Shown: positions 1-13,412, counted from the stretch's first letter. The stretch is DNA of 64,000 nucleotides from Paecilomyces variotii (GCA_004022145.1 RCNU01000002.1); one strand, 5' to 3'. A program made the numbers and translations. The notes: generated by a model not told the origin, from the letters alone.

Positions 1-3000
1 CAGACCCTGCAGAGACCCGAAACCGCCGGAGGCGCAGCAGTAGTTCTAGCGTTAATGTGCGAAAAAGTGGCGACATTGGTCGAGAACTCTTAGGTCGTGG
101 TGGACCATGAATATCACATGTATGTGACTAAGTGTCTGTGGCTGGCTGGACTCTGGTAAGTCCAAAGTACCAAACACAGCAAATAGAATTCTCAGCAGCT
201 ATGAGTCAGTCTGGGCATATCATTTTCTATGAGGGCTTGTGTGAGTACTGGACAAGGCAGATCAGCTTCCCCAGTTAGCGTACGCTTAACCTCCACCTGC
301 TGTCGCTATTGTCACAGCCACACAAGACCCATTGTTCGATTCTTATTCCCTCATTGGCTCTCTTTGCAGACCCGAAGGCTCAGCAGCATCCAGATTTGTT
401 CAGCAATGGCTGGTTTCTTTATGTCAGTGCACACCTTACTCACGGTCTCGTTAGTAGACAATCAATCAATGGGTCGATATTTAGTCTTGCCACATGTCTG
501 ACGCCGACCTCTTGTGGCGTCTGCTGTAGTTCCTGGGTTCTGTCTGAGAGCTGTAAAATGGGAGGTAAGAATGGCTTGGTCTAGCCATCTTCTATGTCCA
601 CGCCATTATGGCTTGAATCTTGTCCGTGCCATTGGGATGGTGAACTACCCTTAATCGAAACTTTCCAAGATGTAGGAAGTTTACTTCTTTCCACGTCGAC
701 GGCTCTAGGCTTTACCGAGGGTAAGCGACCTCCCCGAAGCTCTCTTATCACTTTTCTGATCACATCCCGAAGGCATATTGTGAGACTGGCTGGGATGGCA
801 TTTGTTACCGGGCATGACAACAACCCGACGTCGCTTAGACTTATCACAGCCTCTTATCTCCTTATCGATTAGAGAACAAAGTACTCCACTCCAGCTCCTA
901 TATAGTCCTGGTCGTAGATGGTTAAGCCGGAAGTTGCCGCCTTTCATCGTCTGAAATCGCTTAGCAAGCACAGCAATCGCCGGATTTAGACAATGTTCTT
1001 CAACTAGGCAGACTCCACTTGATTCGCCAAAACCCCTTCCGGAGAATAAATCCCCTTCGTCCGCAGTCGTGGCTTGCAGGTACCATGTACCTTCTAATCG
1101 GGCTTACGTTGCGAGTTGTATAGAATCTGATATATTGCTTACGCCCGTCAGCTTTTGACGACAAGGGTTGGTTGGTTGGTAGCAGAACGATAACTATTTA
1201 CAGTACTTCCCACTCGCTACGCCATCACTTGGGAGAATCAAGAAGACCCCGTGTGACCCGATTAGACTTTCCCAAGAAGCGGGGTTGGAGTTATGCTTTC
1301 AAAAGGAACAAGCCGATCTGCGCAGAACCGTAGGAAATCTACCTGCCTCTCTTTTTCCATGATGGATGTTCTGGTGGTGGCCATCTTTCCTGGTCGCATA
1401 TCTTGGTTTTACATAGCCTCAATCTCAGCTAAGATAATCCTTTAGACGGAGCATGGTGTACGATGAAGAAAAAAACAGTGGAGAATAGAGTAAGCAAGCC
1501 ACGAGTTTTAAAACGAAGCTGATACGGACAACGGACACATGTACGCGCTGGATTAAGTATGCAAGATCTTGAAAATCCGACCTGAAGTCTACAGTAGTTC
1601 TTCCTCCTAAACCTCTCTCCGGAGTCCGATCGAGCAAGGAGCTAAGACATGCTGGTAATTACTTCCGTAAATCGCTCGTGCTTATCCCATACAATATGAA
1701 AAAGAAAAAGTTCATCGATAGACTTCACCATCCGACAAAGTAACCAGACTCCATTTTCCCATCTTACTCCACAAAATTACTTCCGTCACAAGATCAGAAC
1801 TCTAGCAACCCCGCCTGCGGTGACAAAGAAAAAAAGAAAAAGCAAGAGTAAAACCTGCTCGAAAATCCGGGGTTTTCACAGGTAACTTTCCGCCACCTGG
1901 GGAAACGAGCCGTCGAAGGTCGATGGGTCGGGCATTGCTCTGCTGCACCGCAGTATATAACTAAGTAATAACTAATAACTAAGGTACTTCATCGCGCCCG
2001 CTTCTTGGCTGGGTTGAGTAGGCTGGCTGTGTATTGCGCCAATTTGTCGATTCCAAGTCTATTGGCAGTGCTCGGTAGTTATATCCACATGGTTAGCTTG
2101 CAGTTGAAGGAGATCTCAGCCGTTACTAGCTGCTGGTCGATCAGGGTCAAAGCGCAAAGCAAGAGAGGGGGAGGTCTGAGCGCCAGCACAGCCTATCTAC
2201 CTTCTAGCTAGCTACTGCTGGCTGGGCTGTGAGGACGATTTCCCTTGGACGAAATGGCAGTTTGTCTTCGGATGTCTGAATATCGTCTTTAATTTATAGG
2301 GAATATGTTACTTGCGGACGTGATATGTCTTATGTCCTTGTCGAATAAGTAGAAAGAGAGAAAAAAAGAAAGCAGGAACACATTCAGGGATAAGGTCCAT
2401 TTTCCACTCGTATTAATAAACTGCCTAGACAAGTCTATCTCCCTGGGGCTCCGCGGAGACGTCGACATGTGGCAAATGTAGCCATTTTGGGTGCCGTAAC
2501 TTGTACGCTGCTGAGTGCAGATGCAGCTATAATATGAATTCGACGAGGTGCAGCAATCGAGCTGGGCTCCAAAGAAAGAACGGAAGAAAAATAAGAAGTA
2601 AAAGAGAGAGAGAGAGAGAGATTGCAGACAGTACAGATCTAGACGCTGTAATCTCACGCATCCCATTGCCGAATGCAGCAATCTCCCAAGGGACCAGGAA
2701 TGCAACGCCATTCAGGATGATGCCGGATGATGCAACGTCTCATCGACCCATCGTGCAGGTAGGTACTGTACCTTACAGCAGAACGTGTTCTAGATGGTGA
2801 AGCGCCGTTTGGAAACAGTTCTTTTTTTCTGCGACGAATATGAAACGTTGATTCTGGATTCTGAAGTACCTACTTGACGTCAAGCAGAGGAGAGTACAGA
2901 GTACTCTAGAGGATGATGCCAGCGCATGCAAGACTGTATATCAACAATAATATATTATGTAGCCATATTGATTTTCAAATTTCAACAAAGTCCAATACTT

Positions 3001-4896
3001 ATTATATAACTACCTCAACCTCAGTAAATCGTAGAGTTACAACTCCGCGCAGTTTCGGTACCATACTCCGCCCCAGCACCGCCGTTCCCCACCTTCGAGT
3101 CAAATAAAGTTATCAACATCCCTACACAAGTATGCACCAAGTTCGGTTCCAGTGGAGTTCAAGTGGATCCAACAAGCCCGCCGTGCGCCAACCCAAAACC
3201 CCATATTTGATCCGTGCGCCGAAATACAAATAAGGAACCGAACTTCAAACAAGCCAATCATGATCGAGTGAAATCTTATGTAAACCGATTCGCCAAGCAA
3301 ACTAGTTAACACTAGCGGCGTTTTCGGTCCTTCCCGTTTCCACGTCGATCATTGCCTGACGATGTCTGTTTTCGGGTTGAACTTTGGGGAGGTGTTAGTA
3401 CTTGGGTAGGTAGAGAAGTCAAATATGAAGGAATGTGATATTGGACATGTAGCTACCTACTGAGTAAAAGCTATATCTACTTATGATACGTGGGAAAGAT
3501 TCTTGTTAGTTTCTTTTTTATGAATTCCTCTTTTCCCCAAACGTCCAGGTCGGACGATATCTTATGGTATAGATCGCGAGCTAACTGGCTGGATTTGCGT
3601 ATACGTAGCTTGGTTTTGGTGATCCTACCCTACCCAAGTATCCAGTGTCTACGTACCCAGGTACAGCGTAGAAGCTTGCGTACTGTATCTAGATAGAGCA
3701 ATACTACCTTGCGAGGCCAGTGTGTCTGGCGCATAGAGAACCACGAAACCGAAGTATTGCACTTTCTTCTATCTTAACAGCAGGATACAACAAGAGTAAA
3801 AGCCAAGAACGCGGAGAAAACCCCCAAATAACACAAAGCAAGCTCCGTCGATGAAATTCAAATTCAAATCAAGTTCTCCATATGTGGAGCGACAGACATG
3901 AGATCGAGAGAGACATGCCGACCAACTCCCTTCTTCCTCTCTTTTTCTCTCCACTATAATAAAACTCAACAGGTACGTAATTCTGCCCCAGACTGTCGCG
4001 ATGAATATTGGTCTTCTCCCTCGTCCAATTAGATGAGAATGGGATATGCGAGTTGCAACCTTGTAGAAAAATGTCTCCGATGAAACGTCCCGATTCTGAT
4101 GTGGAAAGAAGGAAAGAGAGGAAGATACGACAGCGCAGATGGATCGAATAGCATCGGTTCGATCCAGATATCACTGTGAGGATAAATTCTTTTAGAAACT
4201 TTATCGCGTTGGGGATAGGTATTGTTTCTCAATGTCGAGGTCAGAACTATGATAAAAAAGCAAATACCAAATCAATCTTCATATAATAGTAATACCTTAG
4301 AAAGTAGGAACAAATTATACAAACTCCCATATCCTATCTTGTATTAACTGCATATCAAGCACGAACGCAATCTACTTCACTCCATATAAAGCCTAACTAA
4401 CTCTGTTAGCTCTCTTGGATTTCAATCCAACCGCGAGAACACTACTTGTACAACAACCAAGGTATAACAAATATCAACAAGCTAGTCCTTGTGGAACTTA
4501 CACTACCACTAAGTACCAGCAGCAGCAGCAGCAGCACCAGTCGTAGTAGTGTTAATATGCACTTGCAGGGATGGTTTGAACTTTTTTTCTGGTTGCATGT
4601 ACTTTACTTACTTACCTATCTAAGTACATAGGTAGATAGTGATTATCTCAATCAATCCAAGTACATGTACATGTACATGTACCTAATAAATAATAATTAT
4701 TCCCCTCAACAGAAACAAAACGCACAGGCGAAACCCCCTCTCTCCCCTCCCCCCTTCTTCAGCAAAACTGCCGAGACATTATAGGTAACCAACACCCCTC
4801 GCACCACAAGTCCCTAATCTAATCCATTCATTCATTCATTCATTCATTCATAACTTCCCCTACCTACCTAGTACCAGTAGGTAATAGGCTCATAAC

Positions 4897-4904
<8 letters not shown>

Positions 4905-4947
<43 letters not shown>
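4905..4947. repeat. poly(A) tract, 43 nt
   Basis: Uninterrupted A run counted in the sequence; a (TTCA)n tract lies just upstream at ~4826-4850. Confidence 0.95.
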
Positions 4948-4948
<1 letters not shown>

Positions 4949-5502
4949 GCCCCAGAGCAAAAACGAACGTGTGATATCCCCCATGGTTCGTTATCGGCGA
5001 CTACGAAACCAACTAACTCCCCACAGCAGCATACTGTCCTATACAGGAGCACCCAAATCTGATCCACACTGAAAGATAGAACAGATAGGTCCCACATCAC
5101 ATATCTGGGCTGTGACCTGTAAGAGTTGAATCGGTGGCGATTTGGAATGACAGAACTCAACTCTATCGGCTGGAGCCGTTCACGCAAGAAACCCCCCGTT
5201 CTTAAACCAAATCCCGCCTGCCGCTTGTTCGAAGTGCTTATTGGTCTAGGAAAGCGCCTACGTAAGATGAAGAATAATAAAGTTCAAAATGCGCCATGCA
5301 TGGGCGATCTGGTGGCAGTGACTAAGTGCTAAGTAACTAAGTCAGAGGTTTTTCTCGGGATGCAAAGCTACGGACAAACGGCAGCGCGTAGGGCTGAGCT
5401 CGATAGCCGAAGATAGGCGTCTTATCGATAGGGATATGTATCGGGATTTGGGGAGTGATGAGTCCGGATCCGGTCTAGTGGCGGCACCGGCCATTGCAAA
5501 TA

Positions 5503-5881
5503 CAGTAAATCCTAGCTATAACGAATTGAATCAGACCGGCACTTTTATTCGTTATAGCGTGGTATTCGTTATATCAAATATTAGGGAAAGGTAATTTACG
5601 TCATGTGATCATAGTAAAGGGGAGAAAATTTTCAATATTATGTAATAGATACATGAAAATAAAGGGATTTTATTGGCTATTTGAGGATTTTTACACGTGA
5701 CATGTTACTTATTATAACGAATCCCCTATACAAAAATGACGGCCATCTAGGGATTTGTACCAAATTTCGTTATAGGGCAGATTTAACGAATTTTGTATGG
5801 GGGTTTGAATTAGACACGCTGTTCGGTTCGTTACAGCGAAAAATTCGTTATAGGTAGGGTCGTTATAGCGAGGATTTACTG
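5503..5881. mobile_element. Non-autonomous Tc1/mariner-superfamily (pogo-like) MITE, 379 bp
   Basis: Left end CAGTAAATCCTAGCTATAACGA matches the reverse complement of the right end, CAGTAAATCCTCGCTATAACGA (1 mismatch in 22). TA flanks both ends (5501-5502, 5882-5883). AT-rich interior with repeated TTCGTTATA/TATAACGAA; no transposase. Confidence 0.88.
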
Positions 5882-6339
5882 TACATCCATAGTAAGTATG
5901 GTCGGCTAAACCTCGATAATTCTGCACCCAAGTACAACCTAGCGGACAATTCCGTCGGTTACTATGACAAAGAATGGAAGAAAAAGTGTTTTCAAAATGT
6001 ATCCAATGGTTCGATTTATCATCCTCAGTCGCCTGGACTGGTAGCTGGTAAAGCAATTATAGACATAATGAACAAAAAAGGGCGAAACCGATCCGTAGAA
6101 TCTCCGTATCCAACAGCCAATGGTGTAACTAAGTGGTAGAGAGGTGCGATATATCCAATAGATGGGTATTCATTCCCAGATGGCCAGGTGGACTGGCGAA
6201 GCAAACAAAAAAAGACAGAACAACTCCGACGCTCTAGGACCGGCATCTCGTCGTAATCACAAATAGAAATACAATATATCATAATACAACATAACAACAG
6301 TAAAGAAAAAGATCCCGAAATAATGGCAGTATTTCAATC

Positions 6340-7672
6340 TTAGGCCGCGGCAGCAAAGTCCAGGTCCAAGGCGACCCAATCATCAAAAGCAGAGGTCTCC
6401 AGCCCGAATCCGTCCTGGTAGTGGGAACTGCTTTCCAGACCCAGCGCGAAGCGGTTGAAATCAGCAAAGTCGGGGTCCAACTGATCGGTGGACACCATCA
6501 GTGGGGCGAGAGGTGTGCTGTCGTGAGCCACCATCTCTGGTGGGATACTGTCGTCCCACGATGTATTGCTGGCAGAGTTCAGACTGCCTGGGGAAGGGCA
6601 GAGATCCGGAGTACCCCAGGCCTGGGGGGTGACATAGGTCTGCTGAGGGGTGACCGTGGCCATGGTCAGAGGCTGCGACATGGTGTTGTGGCTCTCCTCC
6701 GGTGCATCAGAGGACGGCTCCGACTGGGCCCGGGGACTCTGTACAGGAGATGGCGGAACGGCAATGGGCAGCTGTGCCCGCAGTTGAGGCTCGGGAGCAG
6801 AAGCCAGGCGGGAGCGGAACCCTTGAGTCGGAGTGGGCGACTCATTTTCGAGGGACTGCATGAGGACCCGTCGTCGCCAGGAGTCGACCGTCTGGACATC
6901 GTTCTGCTGAGCGGCCGGGTAGCCCTGCTGGCGGCGAGGGAAGAGGTTGAAGGGCTGCTGTCTCCATGAGTTCTGCTGGTTGAGATACTGAGGCATCTGG
7001 GGCGAGGGGAAGCCATTCGAATAGCCCCCGGGGGTCTGCACGTAGGAGCCCGGGGTCTGGACGTAGGAGGGCGTGCCGGGAGTCTGGGGGTATGTGATCG
7101 TGGGCGTGCCAACATGATCCTGACTGGCAGGCATGGGACTGGGGACCGATCCAGCGCTGCCCCCCTCTGAGAACGAAGCACGAGTTGCAGGCAGATCAAT
7201 GCGTGTCTTCTTCACTCCGTCTGAGGGAGCTTGAGGCACCGCGATGGAATGGCGCGAGCGGGCAGCGCTGTTGGCGCCAGCGGCAAAGGCTGCGAGAAGC
7301 TGTCGCTGGAATTGCTCTTCGATCTGCATATTCTGCGCCTGGAGCATGCGAAGACGCTTCTCCTGGTACCGCTCGTCCACTTCCTCGTACATGGCCTCCT
7401 TCTCGACGATCTCCCGGGTGATGTAGAGCGCCTTGCCGGTCCGCTTCTTATGCAGCATAGAAGCCCGATGCGCTGACTCGAGACGGGCATCCAGACTACG
7501 GTCCTTGCGGCGGGATGCTGCCACAAAAGCTCTGTCTCGTCTGTTAGTATGCTACGATCTACGATCGATATCGGGACTTGTCTGGGGAGGGGACCTACCG
7601 CTCCTGGTTTTCCTCCCGTGACCGGGGAATGGACGAGAAGTCCGCATCGACGAGTTCTGGAGAGGATCCCAT
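6340..7672 (-). CDS. Uncharacterised fungal protein, ~420 aa, 2 exons (7599-7672, 6340-7531)
   Basis: ATG at 7672; intron 7532-7598 has GTAGGT donor, CTAAC branch and CAG acceptor. Splicing gives MGSSPELVDADFSSIPRSREENQERAFVAASRRKDRSLDARLESAHRASMLHKKRTGKALYITREIVEKEAMYEE, then a P/Q/S-rich region and an acidic-aromatic C-terminus. Confidence 0.8.
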
Positions 7673-7941
7673 CTTTTTCAGACCCGTCTGGGGGAGGTGA
7701 ATGGGTTGATGGGAAGACCGACTTGCTGTGCCTAGTATCTCTTTCTGGTGGTTGTCTCACACAGAGGGAATCAGACAGCAGCTACGCGGACTGGTGGTAT
7801 CAGAAATGCCCGTATCAGAAGGAAGGATCAAGAGTAGATAATAAAGCAAGACCAGTGGGTTGAGTCTTGATGACCAGATCTAGACCAGAGCAACCCAACG
7901 AGCGGAGAGGGGGGTTCATATACTCGAGGAGATGAGGGGGG

Positions 7942-7943
<2 letters not shown>

Positions 7944-7982
<39 letters not shown>
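7944..7982. repeat. (GA)n microsatellite upstream of the 6340-7672 gene
   Basis: Directly visible AG dinucleotide run (a CT-rich tract on the transcribed strand). Confidence 0.9.
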
Positions 7983-7984
<2 letters not shown>

Positions 7985-10710
7985 AACTACTGCTACTACT
8001 GCTACGGCCTGTCAGATCCAGAACGAGCTCCATCGTAAGAACGAGGGACCGCCCGGCCCATGGATCGCAGGACCGCATCGAGTCTGGGTCAAAGATCACA
8101 TCCAAAACTTTGCCGTAACGGGAACCGTGGGACGAGCGACTCCGCGTCTGGCCGCCAGGTCGTGGTCTGGTCCGGAGTGGAGCTCGTGTTCAGCAGGTGC
8201 TCTAGATGTGTCCGTGGAGTACAGTAAACCGAGTAAACGAGAAAGAGAGAGGATAAGATAGTGATAGTGATAGTAGAAGGGGCTTTCTGTATGCAGGGTC
8301 AGCCTGGCTCTGCAGGCAGGATATGGTCAGAGGGACCAGGAAGATAGAAACGGGCTCCAACGGCGAGGGCGCACTGGGCGACCACTGAACGTCTTCCAGC
8401 ATGTTGCTAGTTGGGCTAGCCCGTATGAACCTGTTGTTTCCCTGACCTGACCTGACTGTCCCTCTTGCTCTCCACCAGCCAGACAGGATATCTTCTCCGC
8501 GAGCGACCCTGCAGCAGCCACTACTAGGTACTTAGTACTGGCGGTAGCGCACGAACTGGAGCAACGCAGCTAACTCTTTTGACAGCTGCAGCCCTCCGCC
8601 GCCATCGACATAACCGGGATGCTCCCTGGGTGTCAGGACGGGCTTTGGAGTCCAGAGAGTTTACTCTAGGCCTAGGAGGAGTGGGGAATATGATAATGAT
8701 TATTTCTGATTGTGATTGTGATTGTGATTATGGTATGATTAGTTAGTTATTAACTAAGTCGTCCTCGTAAGACTAAGTAGGTACCATAATACGGACAGGA
8801 TCCTCAGGCAGTAACCCTGGAAAGCGAACAAGAACGAGAGAAGACAGTAAGTTAGTCTACCATAAGTGGAAAGAGAGAGAGAGACAGCCCTAGACAGAGA
8901 CAGAAAAGACACACAGAGAGAGAGAGAGGGCGGTGGCGAGGATATACGGAGTACGGAGCAGCCAGCGAGTGACAAGCTGGGAAGGCACAAGGACCGCCCC
9001 GAGCCCGGAAGGAGCGACCGCCGCACTGGCCAAAGCCAAGGCGCGCCTTCCCCAGGACGGTCCTGCCAGGAGCTTGGCGGAACTTTATGGCACGTGACCC
9101 GCTCGCCGCTTCGGGCAGGCGCACGGGTAGGCGCACGGGCCCCTCGCCATCCCCGGCCGATCGGATCTGCTGCTTGCAGTGCGCACAGGTCAACCGTCTG
9201 TCTTATCACAACTTCATAACTACCTAGGTAACTAAGGTAGTTAACTACTGCCATAGCTTAATCTATTATTGCTATGCGCTCTCATTCCTTTCCATCACCG
9301 ATCATATGGAGTCAGTCAGATTTAGCAAAATAGACTGAAATAAACCGAAAGAGGAAGCAGTAGAACATGCACTAACCCCACATCCTAGTGTACATACTCT
9401 CTCCAATTCCATATACAACTAAGAGAACGACTACGGCCAAGAAAACACCCAGACTTACTCCCCCATCTCCTCTCTCTATTTCTCTCGCTATATCTATACT
9501 AATCAGTATTAGATGTCCCCAGTCTGGTACACTCTCACTCACCAACAATCGCCTGCCATCCACGTACTCTTCGACAGGGGTCAATCACTGACAAGAACAA
9601 CGAGTCTATCCTGCAGTCGCGTGACGGAATACGGACTGCGGATTGGCTATATTCTTCCAAATAGGATGCACTGCTCGTTCCGGGGCTCCGGCCGCGGGAA
9701 AGAACCAGCTTGGCTGCTCGCCTGTGTTTGCCACAGTCCGTCCAGACCGGTCGTCGTCGTCGGCTGCCAGCCCTAAGCCACTGCCCGCGAGTCTAGAGTA
9801 GATCCGTCGCGGGCCTGTGGCAGCCAAGAATCCAAGACTGGCACGGCTGTCCCGATCGGGGAATTCTGAGGGTCCATGGACCACTGCTCTAGCCACCGTA
9901 AGCCACCGTGCCCGAATCCCCCAGATCGCCTGTTCGTCGTAGACCTAGGTAGATGACATGTCACCTTCCTGATCCGGTACTGCTTGCGGCGGCTGTTTTG
10001 TGGCTGGGATCCCCAAGAGCCGCCACGCCCCATTTATTTGTCGATCTACATCGGGGTGCTGTAGCCGCGGTCCCAGATGTTGGGATCGCGTATCGGACTC
10101 CTCCGACAAGGCCCTTTATGATTCTGTTTCTTTTTTCATATTTTTCATATATATTTTTTTTCGCCTCGTCTCTCCAGACCAAGGTACCGGGTGGGGTTTG
10201 CTCGACCCCGGATCTCCGGAGAGGCTGTCAAGAACTATGTATCAAGAAACCTTTTTCTCACTCTGCTCTGCTGATCTGCAGCATCTCGACTGTCTCCGCG
10301 GAACAATCGACTCCGTCTTGGCCTAAACAGATGCTCTTTCAACGGCCAATGTGATGTCTTCTGATCGGACAGAAACCTCGGCCCAGAACAGGACCCACGA
10401 AGAGCTGGTCCATTAGTCATAACAGGAAACGTCAATAACGAGAGAAAAAGAAATTCTAGGCACGACAACACGGCGGAGAGATCGTGTCATTGGACTCAAT
10501 TGACAAAAGCGTGATTGGTTATCTCAACTCAGACGGACATACAACGGTCTCGCTTGCTGGACTGACCAAAAACAATATGGGGCAAACGAAATTCTGATAA
10601 GGAGTCAATCAAAGTATTCCCAGACGATACATGGTCCACAGGATCTAGATGAGGTCCGAGAATAGCATCGTGACCTAGGACCCCATCATGGCCAAGCATA
10701 CAAACCATTC

Positions 10711-13076
10711 TCAGGAGATACCCAACGGCGGTACCATTCCCTGTTCCTCCTTAGCCTCCGTCCCGACTTTGTAGGAGACCCTAAAGCGAATCTTCACCGA
10801 GTTCCCTTTGCCTGCATCCACCCCGTCCAGTAGCAAGTCCTGCTGCACGCCGTTCTGCTGCAGTGGGCCGATGTCTCGGCCCGACTGAGGCCGCAGCTGC
10901 AGCTTGTACGTCTAGACATTCCGTTAGCCCTAACAGCTGTTCCCAAACAAGAATTAGTGATAGTGACGACATCTAACGCACCTTCTCCACTGCGACCTGG
11001 AAATGCAGCTCGCTCAACGGTCGGCTCGTCGCGTTGGAAAATAGGGCTACCACATGAATCTGCCGAGGATGGCCAGGATTCCGACGAGCCGCGAACTCGA
11101 TCCGCAACGATGAGTTCAACACCTGCACTTTGTTGGTGCTTGGCAAGGAGCTTTCCGGCAACGACGAGGTGAACGTCCATTCGTCATCTCCAGCAGCATT
11201 TTTCGTGCCTGTAGCCTGCTGGGAGACATGTTGAGACGAGGACTCCCCACCGGCCAGGTCAAGTAATGACGACGACGCTGGTCCTTGCGGCTGGCCATAC
11301 TGAGGCGGTTTTGAGAAAGGAGACGAGACTCTAGGACTGGCCGAGACAAGGGCAGCAAATGGGTCCGCAGGTGGTGGAGTGGCCGTCTGCTGCTGCTGTT
11401 GTTGTTGTTGTTGCTGTAGCTGCTGTGAGACGAGAGGTGCAGGCGTCGAAGACTGAGAGACCGGCCGCGAAGAATTTAGAGATGACAAAACATCATAGTT
11501 CGGCCTGAAGGAGGCAGGCTGCTGTGTCGAAGAGCTGGATACCATAGTAGCTGAACCCACTGCAGGGGGGAAAGGGGTATCTGTTATTCGTTCAGCAATG
11601 CCAAGTCAATGAGTGCGAGCATTCAGAAACATACCTATTCCCAGGGAGATGCCACCGCTCGGCGCTGGCGGCCTGTCCTGGAAAGACAGACCAAGCAGAT
11701 CATTTTCCAGAGAGCTGGCACCCTGTGCCGCTGCGCTCGACTCGTTGCCGTTAGAGCTTGGCTCCGGGTCGAAGTCAATCAGAGACAACTCATTGTCGGC
11801 ATTCTTCGATACGCCTGTGCTCGTGCCCAACGTGCCCTTCGGGATCTTGGAAGCTGCCTCAACATCGCCCTTCTTAACGAGCTTATAACGCTCAATGGTT
11901 CTGTGTATGCTGTCGTTGATCTCCAGCAGCTTTCGGACAGCCTCAGTATCGTCTGCCTCCTCTTCACACATCTTCTGGATCTTCGGGTGGGCACTTTGGA
12001 GCGCATTGGCGAGCTCCTAATATGCGGTCAGCACCAGGAATTGACGCGGAGACCCATGCTTCCTACCTCAAACACATCTCCTTCCGCGACCTTATCACCA
12101 GGCTTGAGGCTCTGCAGCATCTCTTCAAGGATCTTAGCCTTCTGCTGAACCTTTGCAACCTCTTCTGCGGCCTTGGCCCGGTAATCTGTCTTATGTCTGG
12201 TATCATATCCGGCCATCACCTTCATCAAGCGGTTAGCCTCCTGCAAGTCTTCAGGTCCACCTCTTCGGATGAGCTCCTGCAATTTGGCTGACTGAGCTGC
12301 CCTCTCTTCTTCTTCCATCTCTTCCGCTGATCGAAGATTCTGCGCGTGGTTAGTCGGGTTCGAACAAGCCGGGACGACCACATACGTCGCTGGGATTTAG
12401 CACAGCCGCGTCTTCGTGGCGGACCTCTGGAAACGTGTAGCCCTTGTACAGGAGAAGGCGATGCATATCCCGAATGAAGCCTAAGTCCTCTTTGTATCGA
12501 GACGTCTGGCATATTGTCTGGCGCCACTCCTCGATCGATTCCAGAATCCGGTATTGCACCCTGGAGGGCCGCAACGGTGGCCTTTCCGGGAATCGTCGCA
12601 CCAATTCATTTAGAAACTCTTTTGTACTGATCTGCAGATGGAAAGGATAGCCGCAGTTCTTGACACATATATCGAGAAGCTAACCCCGACATTAGCCCCG
12701 CCTCCCCATCATCACAGTGATAACCTACCGCCAACGCCAGCAAGGAGACATTCTGATTGCGCGAATTGATAAGACGGACTATCGTAAAAGCGGCATCTCG
12801 AGGGCTTTTTTTCCCGCAGGTCAGATGTTGGACATGGTACCAGGACGGAAGCAACTCACGCATTGCCTTTCTTGGAGTTTATCAGGTCCGCGACTTCGAG
12901 ATTCAGGGCAAGGTTAGGCTCGTAATTGGCAGGATCGCATGCATTATCTGTTGCGATCGTCAGTATTGTTTCCACCACCAGTGCCGTAGTGCGCCGTGGG
13001 AGGACGTACGTATAGCCCGCTGGAGAGGTGATAGCCCAGGTTCAGCATAGGCACCGAACCGGTCCCTAGCTGCCAT
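10711..13076 (-). CDS. GGA2: GGA clathrin adaptor (VHS-GAT-GAE), multi-exon
   Basis: VHS-type LVRRFPERPP...YKEDLGFIRDMHRLLLYKGYTFP; GAT-type QSAKLQELIRRGGPEDLQEANRLMKVMAGYD and KLLEINDSIHRT; C-terminal ear ELHFQVAVEK...VKIRFRVSYKV. ATG 13076, TGA 10711-10713. Confidence 0.93.
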
Positions 13077-13412
13077 GCGTGCTGAAGCTGCCTCCAGATT
13101 GACGGGGAAAGTCAATGTACAATGATAAGCGTTGTATGCGCGCGGTATCGTCGCAAGATGCAATGGCTGGACTCCCGCGAGGAGCAAACGTGCTGGTGCG
13201 TTGTTCGATTCGGTGATGGAGACTTGGCTTGATGATGACGGGGCGGTTCGCGGAGCTACTGACGGCTCCACTGAAAACCCCCCATGCTCGACTCTTTTTC
13301 CGAAGCCGCATATCTATCGATCTTTCACTCCCAGCACCACATTTCTGTACGAGGGCTAAGCGCTTCTCTGGCCCTCTGGACCTACTAAGTCAACTGCCTG
13401 ATTTACAGCAAA

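Noticed and set aside
229-3700. Short ORFs at the window start
   Set aside because: No recognisable motifs or consistent exon chain; treated as intergenic.
3998-4099. Intronic C/D box snoRNA
   Set aside because: Imperfect box C (GCGATGA), no terminal stem and no rRNA guide I can recognise.
4131-4166. tRNA-like A box (AGCGCAGATGG) and B box (GGTTCGATCC)
   Set aside because: The boxes are only ~14 nt apart with no cloverleaf; it is just a 9-bp hairpin (TGGATCGAA/TTCGATCCA).
4860-4960. Poly(A) tail of a retrocopy or LINE/SINE
   Set aside because: No recognisable upstream element body or target-site duplication.
5503-5881. CRISPR-like array from the TTCGTTATA repeats
   Set aside because: Eukaryotic context; repeats are 9 bp, irregularly spaced and in both orientations, and are explained by the MITE.
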